Shown here one piece after another: positions 45,374-53,634 of a stretch of 64,000 bases of DNA. The position numbers were made by a program, and so were the translations under genes. Positions within the stretch are counted from its first letter, which is position 1; the number at the start of each line of letters is the position of its first letter. The notes under the pieces are model-generated. The model worked only from the letters and a program-made list of their open reading frames with translations, was not told the origin of the DNA and ran no database searches. Source of the DNA: Thermodesulfobacteriota bacterium (lineage in GTDB: Bacteria; Desulfobacterota; Desulfuromonadia; Desulfuromonadales; Desulfuromonadaceae); NCBI GenBank assembly GCA_034722515.1, contig JAYEOA010000052.1:7653-71652 (forward strand). Direction: 5' to 3'.

Positions 45374-46168
45374 ATGGAAATGTTGACTTATCCTCAAATT
45401 GATGCAGTTGCGCTGCAAATTGGTCCGTTGGCGGTACGCTGGTATGGTTTAATGTACCTTGCAGGTTTCGTCTGCGCTTATGGTTTAATTATTAAGCTCA
45501 GCAAAAAAAGTCAGCTAAATCTTGGTTCTGACCTTATTGCCGATTTGCTGTTCTCCTGCGTTCTTGGTGTAGTTATAGGTGGACGCCTCGGTTATTCACT
45601 ATTTTATAATGCTGCCTATTATCTACACCATCCTGTCGAAATTCTCTATATATGGCAGGGGGGGATGAGCTTTCATGGTGGGTTGCTTGGGGTGATTGTG
45701 GCAGCAGCATGGTTTTGCCATAAACGGGCGTTGCCCATGGGTAAAATCGCCGATATATTAGTGATTTCATCGTGCTGTGGTTTGTTTTTTGGTCGCATTG
45801 GTAATTTTATTAATGGTGAACTGTGGGGAAGAGTAACTGACGTCCCATGGGCAATGGTATTTCCTGGAGCCGGACCATATCCACGCCATCCAAGTCAGCT
45901 CTATGAGGCATTGCTTGAAGGTCCAATATTGTTATTGATGTTGTTGTTGCTTAATCGCTGTCACCTTAAACCGTGGTCACTTTTTTGTTCATTTATTACC
46001 GGCTACGCTTTGTTGCGCTTTTTGGTCGAATTTGTGCGTCAACCAGACGTGCAACTTGGTGTTTTGACGACAGGTATGACCATGGGGCAAATGCTATCTT
46101 TACCGATGATGGTTGTCGGAATTGTCGGGATAGTGGTGTTGAATCGTAAAGGATGCTGTGATGAATAA
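45374..46168 (+). CDS. lgt: Prolipoprotein diacylglyceryl transferase
   Basis: RWYGLMY, GGRLGY, SFHGGLLG, RHPSQLYE. Confidence 0.93.
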   Translation: MEMLTYPQIDAVALQIGPLAVRWYGLMYLAGFVCAYGLIIKLSKKSQLNLGSDLIADLLFSCVLGVVIGGRLGYSLFYNAAYYLHHPVEILYIWQGGMSFHGGLLGVIVAAAWFCHKRALPMGKIADILVISSCCGLFFGRIGNFINGELWGRVTDVPWAMVFPGAGPYPRHPSQLYEALLEGPILLLMLLLLNRCHLKPWSLFCSFITGYALLRFLVEFVRQPDVQLGVLTTGMTMGQMLSLPMMVVGIVGIVVLNRKGCCDE

Positions 46169-46775
46169 TATCAAGGCTGTGGTGTTTGATTGTGATGGGG
46201 TGATGTTTGACAGCCAACAGGCCAATATCGCATTTTATAATCGGGTTCTCGATTATTTTGGTGAACCTGCGGTGACGCCATCTCAATCAGAACGAGTACA
46301 CCTTTGCCACACAGCGTCCAGTCCTCAGGTATTTGCAGGGTTGCTCGGCTCAGCGCGAGTCGAGGCTGCGTTGGACTTTTCACAACAGCTTGGTTACGAA
46401 CAGTTTATCCCCCAACTACAGGCGGAGCCGGGTCTTTTCGACGCTCTAGCACAACTTTCTGCACACTTTTCACTTGCTGTTGCCACCAATAGAGGTAGTA
46501 GTATGGCAAAAATTTTGGATTTTTTTGATATGGATGGTTCTTTTCATCACGTACTTACCTATCTCGATGTTGCTAGAGCAAAACCTTGTCCCGATATGCT
46601 TTACGCCGTTGCAGAACGATTGCATCTTGCCCCTGATCAAATGATGTTTGTCGGTGATTCAGAATTCGACAGGCGTGCGGCTAAAAGTGCAGGGTGCCAT
46701 TTTGTGTCGTATAAATGGGATGGCGGATTGCGCATTGACCATCACAGCCAATTAGCGCAATTGTTGCAATTGTAA
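46161..46775 (+). CDS. HAD-superfamily hydrolase (phosphoglycolate phosphatase-like)
   Basis: VVFDCDGVMFDS (DxDG), ATNR, VGDSEFD. Confidence 0.8.
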   Translation: MNNIKAVVFDCDGVMFDSQQANIAFYNRVLDYFGEPAVTPSQSERVHLCHTASSPQVFAGLLGSARVEAALDFSQQLGYEQFIPQLQAEPGLFDALAQLSAHFSLAVATNRGSSMAKILDFFDMDGSFHHVLTYLDVARAKPCPDMLYAVAERLHLAPDQMMFVGDSEFDRRAAKSAGCHFVSYKWDGGLRIDHHSQLAQLLQL

Positions 46776-46857
46776 CTCACAATAAGAATCGTGGCAGAGC
46801 TGTCTTTTAGCAGTTTCATCAACACGTTTCGAGAATTTAACCTCCCTGGTAAATTAG

Positions 46858-47277
46858 TTACAAATGTTTATTCATCTCGAGGACGTGACCGTGTTCGCAC
46901 GGCGTGTAGGTGACGCTGTCCATGAGGGTATGAATTAAGAAAACACCTCTACCGTGATCCTCTTCCGGGTCGGGCTGTAGTGTATTCGTTTCGCTGATAT
47001 CAAACCCCTGTCCTTGATCATAAACTTTAATACATAGATTATTTTCCGAGACATTGATGGTGATATGCACTTGCTTGTTTGGATCATTCCTGTTGGCATG
47101 CTGAATGGCATTGGTCATTGCCTCGGTTAGTACTAGATTGATATGATAGGCTAGTTCGTCACGATCGTCAGTGTAGTTTTTTAAGGTTAGGGCGATATTT
47201 TCACCGATCTTGCCAATAAGACCGAGATAGCGTGTCTGATTTGGGACTTTTATGTCCATATCGAGCTGGTTTTTCAT
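46858..47277 (-). CDS. RsbW/SpoIIAB-like anti-sigma-type serine kinase (GHKL ATPase)
   Basis: N-box EAMTNAIQHAN, G1 box DQGQGFD, GRGVFLI. Lies immediately downstream of the STAS gene. Confidence 0.8.
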   Translation of the reverse strand: MKNQLDMDIKVPNQTRYLGLIGKIGENIALTLKNYTDDRDELAYHINLVLTEAMTNAIQHANRNDPNKQVHITINVSENNLCIKVYDQGQGFDISETNTLQPDPEEDHGRGVFLIHTLMDSVTYTPCEHGHVLEMNKHL

Positions 47278-47339
47278 GTCTCAACCTCCTCTGACAGGAT
47301 AGGCGAAAATTGCCTTAACATCTTGAGATCTCTTTGGTG

Positions 47340-47675
47340 CTAAAAACTGGCTAATGCTTCCTCGGTAGCCGGGAAAATTTCAAAAACACGGTGGAGTCTG
47401 GTTAGCTCAAACATCGATTTGACCTGAGTTTGCAGTCCACACAGCTTTAAGCCGCCATCACGTGAACTGGCATTTTTAAAACCGGAAACCAGTGCTCCAA
47501 GCCCGGATGAATCGATAAAACGAACAGGTGAAAGGTCGATGATGATATTCACCTTACCTTCTTCAAACAGGTTTAATAATTGTACTTTTAACTCATTGCT
47601 ATTGTGTGCATCTAGTCGCTCTTCTTGTATCGTTAACGCGACAATTTTTCCGTGCTCTTCCATTGAAACGATCAT
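47340..47675 (-). CDS. STAS-domain anti-sigma-factor antagonist (RsbV/SpoIIAA-like)
   Basis: IIDLSPVRFIDSSGLGALV carries the conserved phosphorylatable Ser in DSSGLG. Confidence 0.88.
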   Translation of the reverse strand: MIVSMEEHGKIVALTIQEERLDAHNSNELKVQLLNLFEEGKVNIIIDLSPVRFIDSSGLGALVSGFKNASSRDGGLKLCGLQTQVKSMFELTRLHRVFEIFPATEEALASF

Positions 47676-47687
47676 GTAAAATTCTCC

Positions 47688-50600
47688 TTATGGGTTTATG
47701 GTGTTATCGATTTTTAAGACTACAATGGTGACATCATCATTGAAGTGGCGGCGTCCCTGAAACATTCGCGCAAGACTCATAGTGTTGTCGATAATTTCTT
47801 GAGCGCTTAAATCTGCGTTTTCCAGAATAGCACTTTTTAACTGCTCCATGCCAAACATCTCTTCAAGATTATTTTCTGCTTCAATAATTCCGTCGGTGTA
47901 TAGCATTAGTAGATCACCGGTATTTAGCGGACAGTGACGCTGCTCAAAGGTGACATCATTTATAATTCCGAGGATGAGTCCCTCGGTGTCTAGCTCTTCG
48001 AACGTTTTACTTCCTTTACGTAGTATTAGTGGATGATTATGACCAGCATTGGCATAGGATATTTGTTGCTTATCTGAATTGTACTGTAGGTAAAACATGG
48101 TGATAAATAATTCTGCCTTGGTGAGGTCATCATGCATAAAGCGATTTAATACATCAAGTATAGCCTGTGATGACGGAAGTTGTTGCGCCCTAGCTTGAAT
48201 GAAGGTTCGCGCTTCTGCCATCAATAGTGCTGCGCCAATATTGTGACCGGAAACATCGGCAATAACGATATCAAGATTTGGCGGTTGCACAATAAAGTCA
48301 TAGTAGTCACCACCAACTTGCTTGGCAGGAACACAAATTGCGGCAATATCGACTCCGGGCAGTTGCGGCATTTTGTCGGGGAGTAAACCTAGCTGAATTG
48401 ATTCAGCGATGCGAAGTTCTTTCTCATGTTCACTTGCTTTAATCAATTGGGCGGTTTGGTTGGCATTGCGCCAGGCGATACCGATTTGTGCCGCCAGGTT
48501 TTTATATAACTCGATAAATTCATCGGTATAAATCCCTTTTGCGTAGCGGGAATATGAGGAGAGTACGCCGATCGGTTGTCCTTCCACAGTGATGGGAGCG
48601 TGGGCAAATGATTTGATCCCCTCGCGACGAATAATTTCCATGGACAGCGGTTTGTCGATACAGTCAGAATCGTTAGCGAGTATCACTTTATTGAGAACGT
48701 AGGTGGTGCCGATGCAGGTTTCTTCATTGATTTCACGATTCGCATGCGAAAGAAATTCTGTGTCTATTCCTCTAAAATTGCGCAGCTCAAGGATGTTGGT
48801 TTCTTCGTTGTAAATACGGATAGCGCATAGATCGAAGCGGAACTGGTGGTAAAGGAGATCGAGGATGCTCTCGAAGATCGAACCAAGATCGGCACCGCTG
48901 GATACGGCGTGTGCAGCTTCATACAGAACCGAAAGTTGTTCCCGGCTGGCTTTGCGACTTAAGCTCACCGTGCCAAAGATGTTAAATACATCTTCCATTT
49001 TGCTACCGCGGGCGGATAGATAGTTTTCGATAATGATTCGCGCTGCTGCTGCGCCAACCGATGCCGCCAATGTTTTTTCGGTAAACAGTTTCAGGTTGGG
49101 AATTTCATGTTCAGATAAACTCCCCTTTTCATCAATTTCTCTATCACCAAGATAGCTTGCGATGGCCGTATTAGCTTGTTTTTCGCCAATAAATTTACTC
49201 ATTAAGTTAACAAACTCCATGAGTGTTGGTGCTTTACTGATTCGAGTATGTTGATGTTGGGGTTCTTTCCAAGTCGCTACTTGGACAAAGCGTTGTGCCT
49301 GCGATACTTCGCTTGACGTTGGTGTTGTGGCGATGGAAAAGGCGAGAAATGATCCCACATTAAAGAACAAAGTCCAGAACAGTGAATGGGACCACATATC
49401 CAGCGAGTTTAAATAAAACAAGGCGGTGGGGCGCAACCACTCCAATCCAAAAGGTCCTTCTAGAATAACACTTAATGGCAACCAACCGGCATCGACGAAC
49501 GTTGGTATGATTAGGGTGTAAATCCAAACGAAGAATCCCATGATTAAACCGATGGCAGTGCCTCGGTGGTTAGCGCGTTCCCAGTATAACCCTCCCAATA
49601 GTGCTGGAGCAAACTGGGTGGCTGCCATAAATGAAATTAAGCCGATATTTATGAGAGCTTCAGATGTTCCGAGTGTGCGGTAATAGAAGTAACCGAGAAA
49701 GATAACCGAAACAATGGCAATGCGTTTGATATTAAGGAGCAGACTGGAAATGTCTGATTTTTTTAGGTTACAACGTAGAATTATCGGCATCGCTAGATTG
49801 TTAAGAATCATTGTTGACGAAGCGACAGATTCAAGCATCACCATCCCCGCAGCGGCGGAGAAACCACCGATAAAGACCAAAATAGCCAGTGATTGTTGCC
49901 CTGATGCCAGTGGCATGCTGAGGACGAAATAATCGGCAAGGCTGGTGTCGCCATTAAAGGTGATTATTCCACCAAGGGCGATGGGTAGGACAAATAGATT
50001 AAGCAAAAACATATAGGCAGGGAAAGCCCACATGGCCGTACGGATATGGTGATGGTCAGAGTTCTCAATAACCATGGCATGAAATTGCCTCGGCAAAAAC
50101 ATAATAGCCATCATAGACATAAAGGTCATGGTAAACCAACGGGCGCCGCTACCGCACTCCGATGGAATTAATAAAAGATGTTCCTTTTCAGGGTAGAGAT
50201 TCGTAAATTGACCGAAAATATCTGTAAAACCATTGAACATTCCATAGGTGACAAAGATGCCAACCGCTAAAAATGCTATCAATTTGACAATGGATTCTAA
50301 GGCAATCGCAGCCATTAACCCTTCGTGTCGCTCTGTACTGTCAAGACGCATGGCACCAAACAGGATGCAGAACAGCGACAAAAAAATTGCCACAATAAAT
50401 GCCGTATCAATAAAATGTGGAATTTGTGGAATAAGCTCATGTAACGGGGATGAACTCACTTCAGGCAGCTCGCCGAGCAGGTTAAAGGTGTATGCAATGG
50501 CCTTCAATTGGAGGGCGATATAGGGAACGATTCCCAGTACCGCAAAAAGAGTGACAATCATGCCAAGATAGTTTGACTTGCCATAGCGGCTAGAAATAAA

Positions 50601-50912
50601 ATCGGCAATACTGACGATATTTTCTTTTTTGCTGATTAATATAATTTTTCGTAGAAAAAACCACCACGAAAAGCACACAAGCGTGGGTCCAAGGTAGATC
50701 GTTAAAAAATCGAGCCCACTGGTAGCGGCCCGACCGACGCTGCCGTAATATGTCCATGATGAACAATAGACCGCTAAGGTGAGGGAATATACGTGGGGAT
50801 TGGCGACAATACTTCTACCTTGTTCCCGGCGGCGGGTGGCATAGTAGGCAACAGCAACGATAGTTGTTAGATATACTATTGTGGTGATGCTGATCTGTTG
50901 CAGTGCTATCAA
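47688..50912 (-). CDS. Sodium:solute-symporter-like (SSF/SLC5) membrane domain - linker - GAF - PP2C (SpoIIE) phosphatase fusion
   Basis: Hydrophobic segments over aa 1-530 consistent with about 13 TM helices (estimated by eye), with FLPRQFH and GGFSAAAGMVMLES. GAF-like region at aa ~660-815. PP2C region: GGDYYDF, ADVSGHNIGAAL, NAGHNHP, LYTDGIIEA, DDVTIVVLK. TTG start with GGAGG 5 nt upstream. Confidence 0.85.
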   Translation of the reverse strand: MIALQQISITTIVYLTTIVAVAYYATRRREQGRSIVANPHVYSLTLAVYCSSWTYYGSVGRAATSGLDFLTIYLGPTLVCFSWWFFLRKIILISKKENIVSIADFISSRYGKSNYLGMIVTLFAVLGIVPYIALQLKAIAYTFNLLGELPEVSSSPLHELIPQIPHFIDTAFIVAIFLSLFCILFGAMRLDSTERHEGLMAAIALESIVKLIAFLAVGIFVTYGMFNGFTDIFGQFTNLYPEKEHLLLIPSECGSGARWFTMTFMSMMAIMFLPRQFHAMVIENSDHHHIRTAMWAFPAYMFLLNLFVLPIALGGIITFNGDTSLADYFVLSMPLASGQQSLAILVFIGGFSAAAGMVMLESVASSTMILNNLAMPIILRCNLKKSDISSLLLNIKRIAIVSVIFLGYFYYRTLGTSEALINIGLISFMAATQFAPALLGGLYWERANHRGTAIGLIMGFFVWIYTLIIPTFVDAGWLPLSVILEGPFGLEWLRPTALFYLNSLDMWSHSLFWTLFFNVGSFLAFSIATTPTSSEVSQAQRFVQVATWKEPQHQHTRISKAPTLMEFVNLMSKFIGEKQANTAIASYLGDREIDEKGSLSEHEIPNLKLFTEKTLAASVGAAAARIIIENYLSARGSKMEDVFNIFGTVSLSRKASREQLSVLYEAAHAVSSGADLGSIFESILDLLYHQFRFDLCAIRIYNEETNILELRNFRGIDTEFLSHANREINEETCIGTTYVLNKVILANDSDCIDKPLSMEIIRREGIKSFAHAPITVEGQPIGVLSSYSRYAKGIYTDEFIELYKNLAAQIGIAWRNANQTAQLIKASEHEKELRIAESIQLGLLPDKMPQLPGVDIAAICVPAKQVGGDYYDFIVQPPNLDIVIADVSGHNIGAALLMAEARTFIQARAQQLPSSQAILDVLNRFMHDDLTKAELFITMFYLQYNSDKQQISYANAGHNHPLILRKGSKTFEELDTEGLILGIINDVTFEQRHCPLNTGDLLMLYTDGIIEAENNLEEMFGMEQLKSAILENADLSAQEIIDNTMSLARMFQGRRHFNDDVTIVVLKIDNTINP

Positions 50913-51149
50913 TTAGTCCTCCGGTGGATGCTTATCGCAATCTTCACATTGAATGGTTTTGGTAAATATAAAGATGATGACAATTGATAACGGCCAACCG
51001 CACAGCAGATATAAAACAAGAATCGGGATGCCAAAAATAGTTTCTACACGATTGAATATTTGTAAAAAAGGAAAATTAAGCATAACAATGCCAAGGAAGA
51101 AAAAAATCAACCAGATTTGACGTTGTTGAGTTGTAGATTCATTCGACAT
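50913..51149 (-). CDS. Small two-TM membrane protein, translationally coupled to the SSF-PP2C gene (SSF small-subunit-like)
   Basis: 78 aa with two hydrophobic helices around IFGIPILVLY. Its TAA (50913-50915) abuts the TTG start at 50912. Confidence 0.6.
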   Translation of the reverse strand: MSNESTTQQRQIWLIFFFLGIVMLNFPFLQIFNRVETIFGIPILVLYLLCGWPLSIVIIFIFTKTIQCEDCDKHPPED

Positions 51150-51243
51150 GTCACCTCCAACGATTGGTGATTAACAACTGATACTCAATTATAGTCTACA
51201 ATAGCAGTGGTGTCGAGGGGGCGCAGGGTGATAAATAAAAAAA

Positions 51244-51468
51244 GGCTCTTTTGAATTTCATGTGGGTAGTATAGAGTTAAACCTTTAAATTTTACAGATG
51301 GAGTTTTTTCTAATGATGAATACTATATTTCAATCGGCACTTCATATTGAAGCTCCGTGGTTTATAAAGTCGATAGATTTCAATGAGAAAAAAGAGCCAA
51401 TTTTTATTGATTATGGTCTTGACAGTAGGGAGTATCTTAGTGATTCCAAACAGCAAAAAAATCAATAG
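51244..51468 (+). mobile_element. Remnant of the left end of an ISL3-family insertion sequence (IR-like GGCTCTT plus a 51-codon transposase stub)
   Basis: GGCTCTTTTG at 51244. The ORF 51313-51468 reads MMNTIFQSALHIEAPWFIKSIDFNEKKEPIFIDYG..., matching the ISL3 transposase N-terminal pattern (F..AL.L..PW.V....F......L.I.IDF) and then losing similarity. Confidence 0.4.
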
Positions 51469-52153
51469 CATTGATCTGAGTCGTTTAGATTTTCAGCAGG
51501 ACAAAAAACGATTTCTCTTTTTAGCTCAAAAAGATAAAATAGATTTTATTTATAATACCGCCGCCTTAGAGGGTAACGCCATGACCTATCCAGATGTGGC
51601 GACACTGCTGGATGGTATCACCGTCGGTGGGCATAAGCTCAGTGACGAACAGCAGATTTTAAATCAAAATCGCAGCGTTGAGTTGCTTTACCAACAATTA
51701 CGGGAAGAACAGTTTGTTGTAGACAAACATACGTTGTGTTTGCTCCATGCTCAGGTAGCAAAGGATGAAGCGTTAACATGGGGAGTATTTCGTGATGGTA
51801 ATGTCAATATTGGCGGTACCGAGTATCTGCCACCAGTACCGGATAAACTGGATGATTTGTTTATTGCTGGTGTTAGCGCTATCAACAAAATTGAGCACCC
51901 TATTGTCGCGGCACTAACTTATTTTTTATTTGGTGCCAGAACTCAGTTTTTTTACGATGGCAACAAGCGAGTATCGCGTTTAATGATGAACGGTATCCTG
52001 CTGGCAAATGGCTACCCGATGCTCAACATAAAGACCAAAGACAAGCTGATATTTAATCAACAGATGATCTTATTTTATGATACGGCTGATTATGTCGGTG
52101 CGTTAGAATATCTTAGAGATTATTATATTAAACATAATAATCATATCAGGTGA
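51383..52153 (+). CDS. Fic-fold protein with degenerate active-site motif (QFFYDGNKRVSR) and an N-terminal inhibitory-helix-like motif (TAALEG)
   Basis: HPIVAALTYFLFGARTQFFYDGNKRVSRLMMNGILLANGYP aligns to the Fic core HPFxDGNGRxxR with His replaced by Gln188 and Gly by Lys195. TAALEG (aa 59-64) fits (S/T)xxxE(G/N). Confidence 0.7.
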   Translation: MRKKSQFLLIMVLTVGSILVIPNSKKINSIDLSRLDFQQDKKRFLFLAQKDKIDFIYNTAALEGNAMTYPDVATLLDGITVGGHKLSDEQQILNQNRSVELLYQQLREEQFVVDKHTLCLLHAQVAKDEALTWGVFRDGNVNIGGTEYLPPVPDKLDDLFIAGVSAINKIEHPIVAALTYFLFGARTQFFYDGNKRVSRLMMNGILLANGYPMLNIKTKDKLIFNQQMILFYDTADYVGALEYLRDYYIKHNNHIR

Positions 52154-52244
52154 TATGAATAATGAAGGTGAGAATCCAACAAAACTAGCTCACACAAAGC
52201 TACCAAATCACAAAGGAAATCTTAAAATCCAAAGACCATAACCA

Positions 52245-52451
52245 TTGGTTTTGACCTCAACCTTGATCTTGGTTTGGGGTGCTAAAGTTAATGCCATCAT
52301 TACTAAAATGGACTGGTCAATCTACGACAGAGAGTGTGATACAATCTACACCGACGGTGACAACAATCTCGGCAACCTTCAGAAAGACGAAACCGATTTT
52401 AAAGTAAAGCTCATTGAAGAAGAGTTCAAACGATTGATGTTTGGAGGATAA
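52245..52451 (+). CDS. Small hypothetical ORF (possibly only 47 aa from ATG 52308), coupled to the downstream gene
   Basis: Stop at 52449-52451 and the next ATG at 52454. AT-rich. Same frame as a 28-codon ORF (52155-52241), separated by a single TAA. No recognisable motif. Confidence 0.3.
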   Translation: MVLTSTLILVWGAKVNAIITKMDWSIYDRECDTIYTDGDNNLGNLQKDETDFKVKLIEEEFKRLMFGG

Positions 52452-52453
52452 AG

Positions 52454-53605
52454 ATGGATAAACTAGAATCAATAGAGAGAATATCCAACGGCGAAGATAG
52501 CTATACACAATTTAAACAGCAAATTATCTCTGCAAAAGATTTAGCAAAAGAGTTTGTGGCTTTTTCTAACGCTGATGGTGGTATTTTGATTTTTGGTGTA
52601 GATGACAACGAAAATATTGTGGGTTTAGATAAACAAGATATAGAAAAAATAGGTCAGTTAGTAGGCAATGTAGGACAAGAAAATGTAAAGCCACCCATTC
52701 ACCCATTGACACAAAACATTACCTTAGATAGCAAAAGAGTAACTATTGTAACTATTAAAAGTGGATTTACTAAACCATATAAAACAAGTAGTGGTATTTA
52801 CTATACAAAAAGTGGAGCTGATAAAAAAATAATGTCTGACGAGGAGCTTAAAAGACTTTTTTCCCAGCCAAAGGGACTCTATGCTGATGAAGAGATACTG
52901 CCCAAATCCACTATCCATAATTTAAACCACCAACTCTATTATCTTTATTTGGAAAAACACAATAGAGATGTTTTTGAAGCATTAGAAAAAGGTTTATTAT
53001 CACTTGAAAAGTTATTGGAAAATGAGAAGATTATGAGAGATGGTAGTTTAACACTCTCGGGCAATCTTATATTTGGTATCAATCCACAAAGGTTTAGCCC
53101 CTCATTTGATGTTGACTGCTGTTATTTTGATGGTAATGAGATTTTTGTTGATAAATTCATCTCCAAAAAAAGAGTGCTTGGAACATTTGAAAAGCTCTAT
53201 GATGATAGTATGGGGTTTGTGAAAAGCCATTTACGATATAAACAAGTTGAGAAAGATTTTAACTCTAATGGAGTGCTTGAGATAGATGAGAGGGTTCTAG
53301 GTGAACTCATTACCAATGCCCTTATCCATAGAGATTATTATATCAATAGCTCAATAAAAGTATTTATTTTTCATAATAGAGTAGAGATAATTAGCCCAGG
53401 GAACCTTACAAACTCATTAACATTGGATAATATCAAAAGTGGACGGTCTATCTGTAGAAACCCTACACTAGATTCTATTTGTGAACATATTTTGCCATAT
53501 ACAGGATATGGTAGTGGAATCCAAAGAGTTCTAGAGATAAATCCAAATGTAGAATTTATAAATGATAGGGAATTAGAACAATTTAAATGTATTATCCCGA
53601 GATAA
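52454..53605 (+). CDS. AlbA_2 (Schlafen-like) plus HATPase_c_4 protein (COG2865-type), lacking a C-terminal HTH
   Basis: N-terminus GEDSYTQFKQ....AKEFVAFSNADGGILIFGVDDNENIVGL (AlbA_2). C-terminus ELITNALIHRDYYINSSIKVFIFHNRVEIISPGNL...RNP...GYGSGIQRV (HATPase_c_4). Very AT-rich codon usage. Confidence 0.75.
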   Translation: MDKLESIERISNGEDSYTQFKQQIISAKDLAKEFVAFSNADGGILIFGVDDNENIVGLDKQDIEKIGQLVGNVGQENVKPPIHPLTQNITLDSKRVTIVTIKSGFTKPYKTSSGIYYTKSGADKKIMSDEELKRLFSQPKGLYADEEILPKSTIHNLNHQLYYLYLEKHNRDVFEALEKGLLSLEKLLENEKIMRDGSLTLSGNLIFGINPQRFSPSFDVDCCYFDGNEIFVDKFISKKRVLGTFEKLYDDSMGFVKSHLRYKQVEKDFNSNGVLEIDERVLGELITNALIHRDYYINSSIKVFIFHNRVEIISPGNLTNSLTLDNIKSGRSICRNPTLDSICEHILPYTGYGSGIQRVLEINPNVEFINDRELEQFKCIIPR

Positions 53606-53617
53606 TGGTAAACCGCT

Positions 53618-53634
53618 TAGTTTTGACAACCTAA
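53618..53634 (+). repeat. 17-bp direct repeat TAGTTTTGACAACCTAA, copy 1
   Basis: Identical to 54538-54554. Lies 13 nt after the AlbA_2 gene stop. Confidence 0.85.

Noticed and set aside
46828-46857. Possible short third copy of the palindromic repeat (ACACGTTTCGAGAATTTAACCTCCCTGG versus AGACGGTTTCGCAGTAG...CAGCCTCCTAGG). A similar weak match lies at 2897-2925.
   Set aside because: The matches need large gaps and cover fewer than 30 nt, so they cannot be distinguished from chance without a genome-wide consensus.
52247-52266. Third, degenerate copy of the 17-bp repeat (GGTTTTGAC-CTC-AACCTTGA).
   Set aside because: It needs a 3-nt insertion and two mismatches, so with only 8+5 matching bases it could be chance. 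It is mentioned in the finding but not annotated as a feature.
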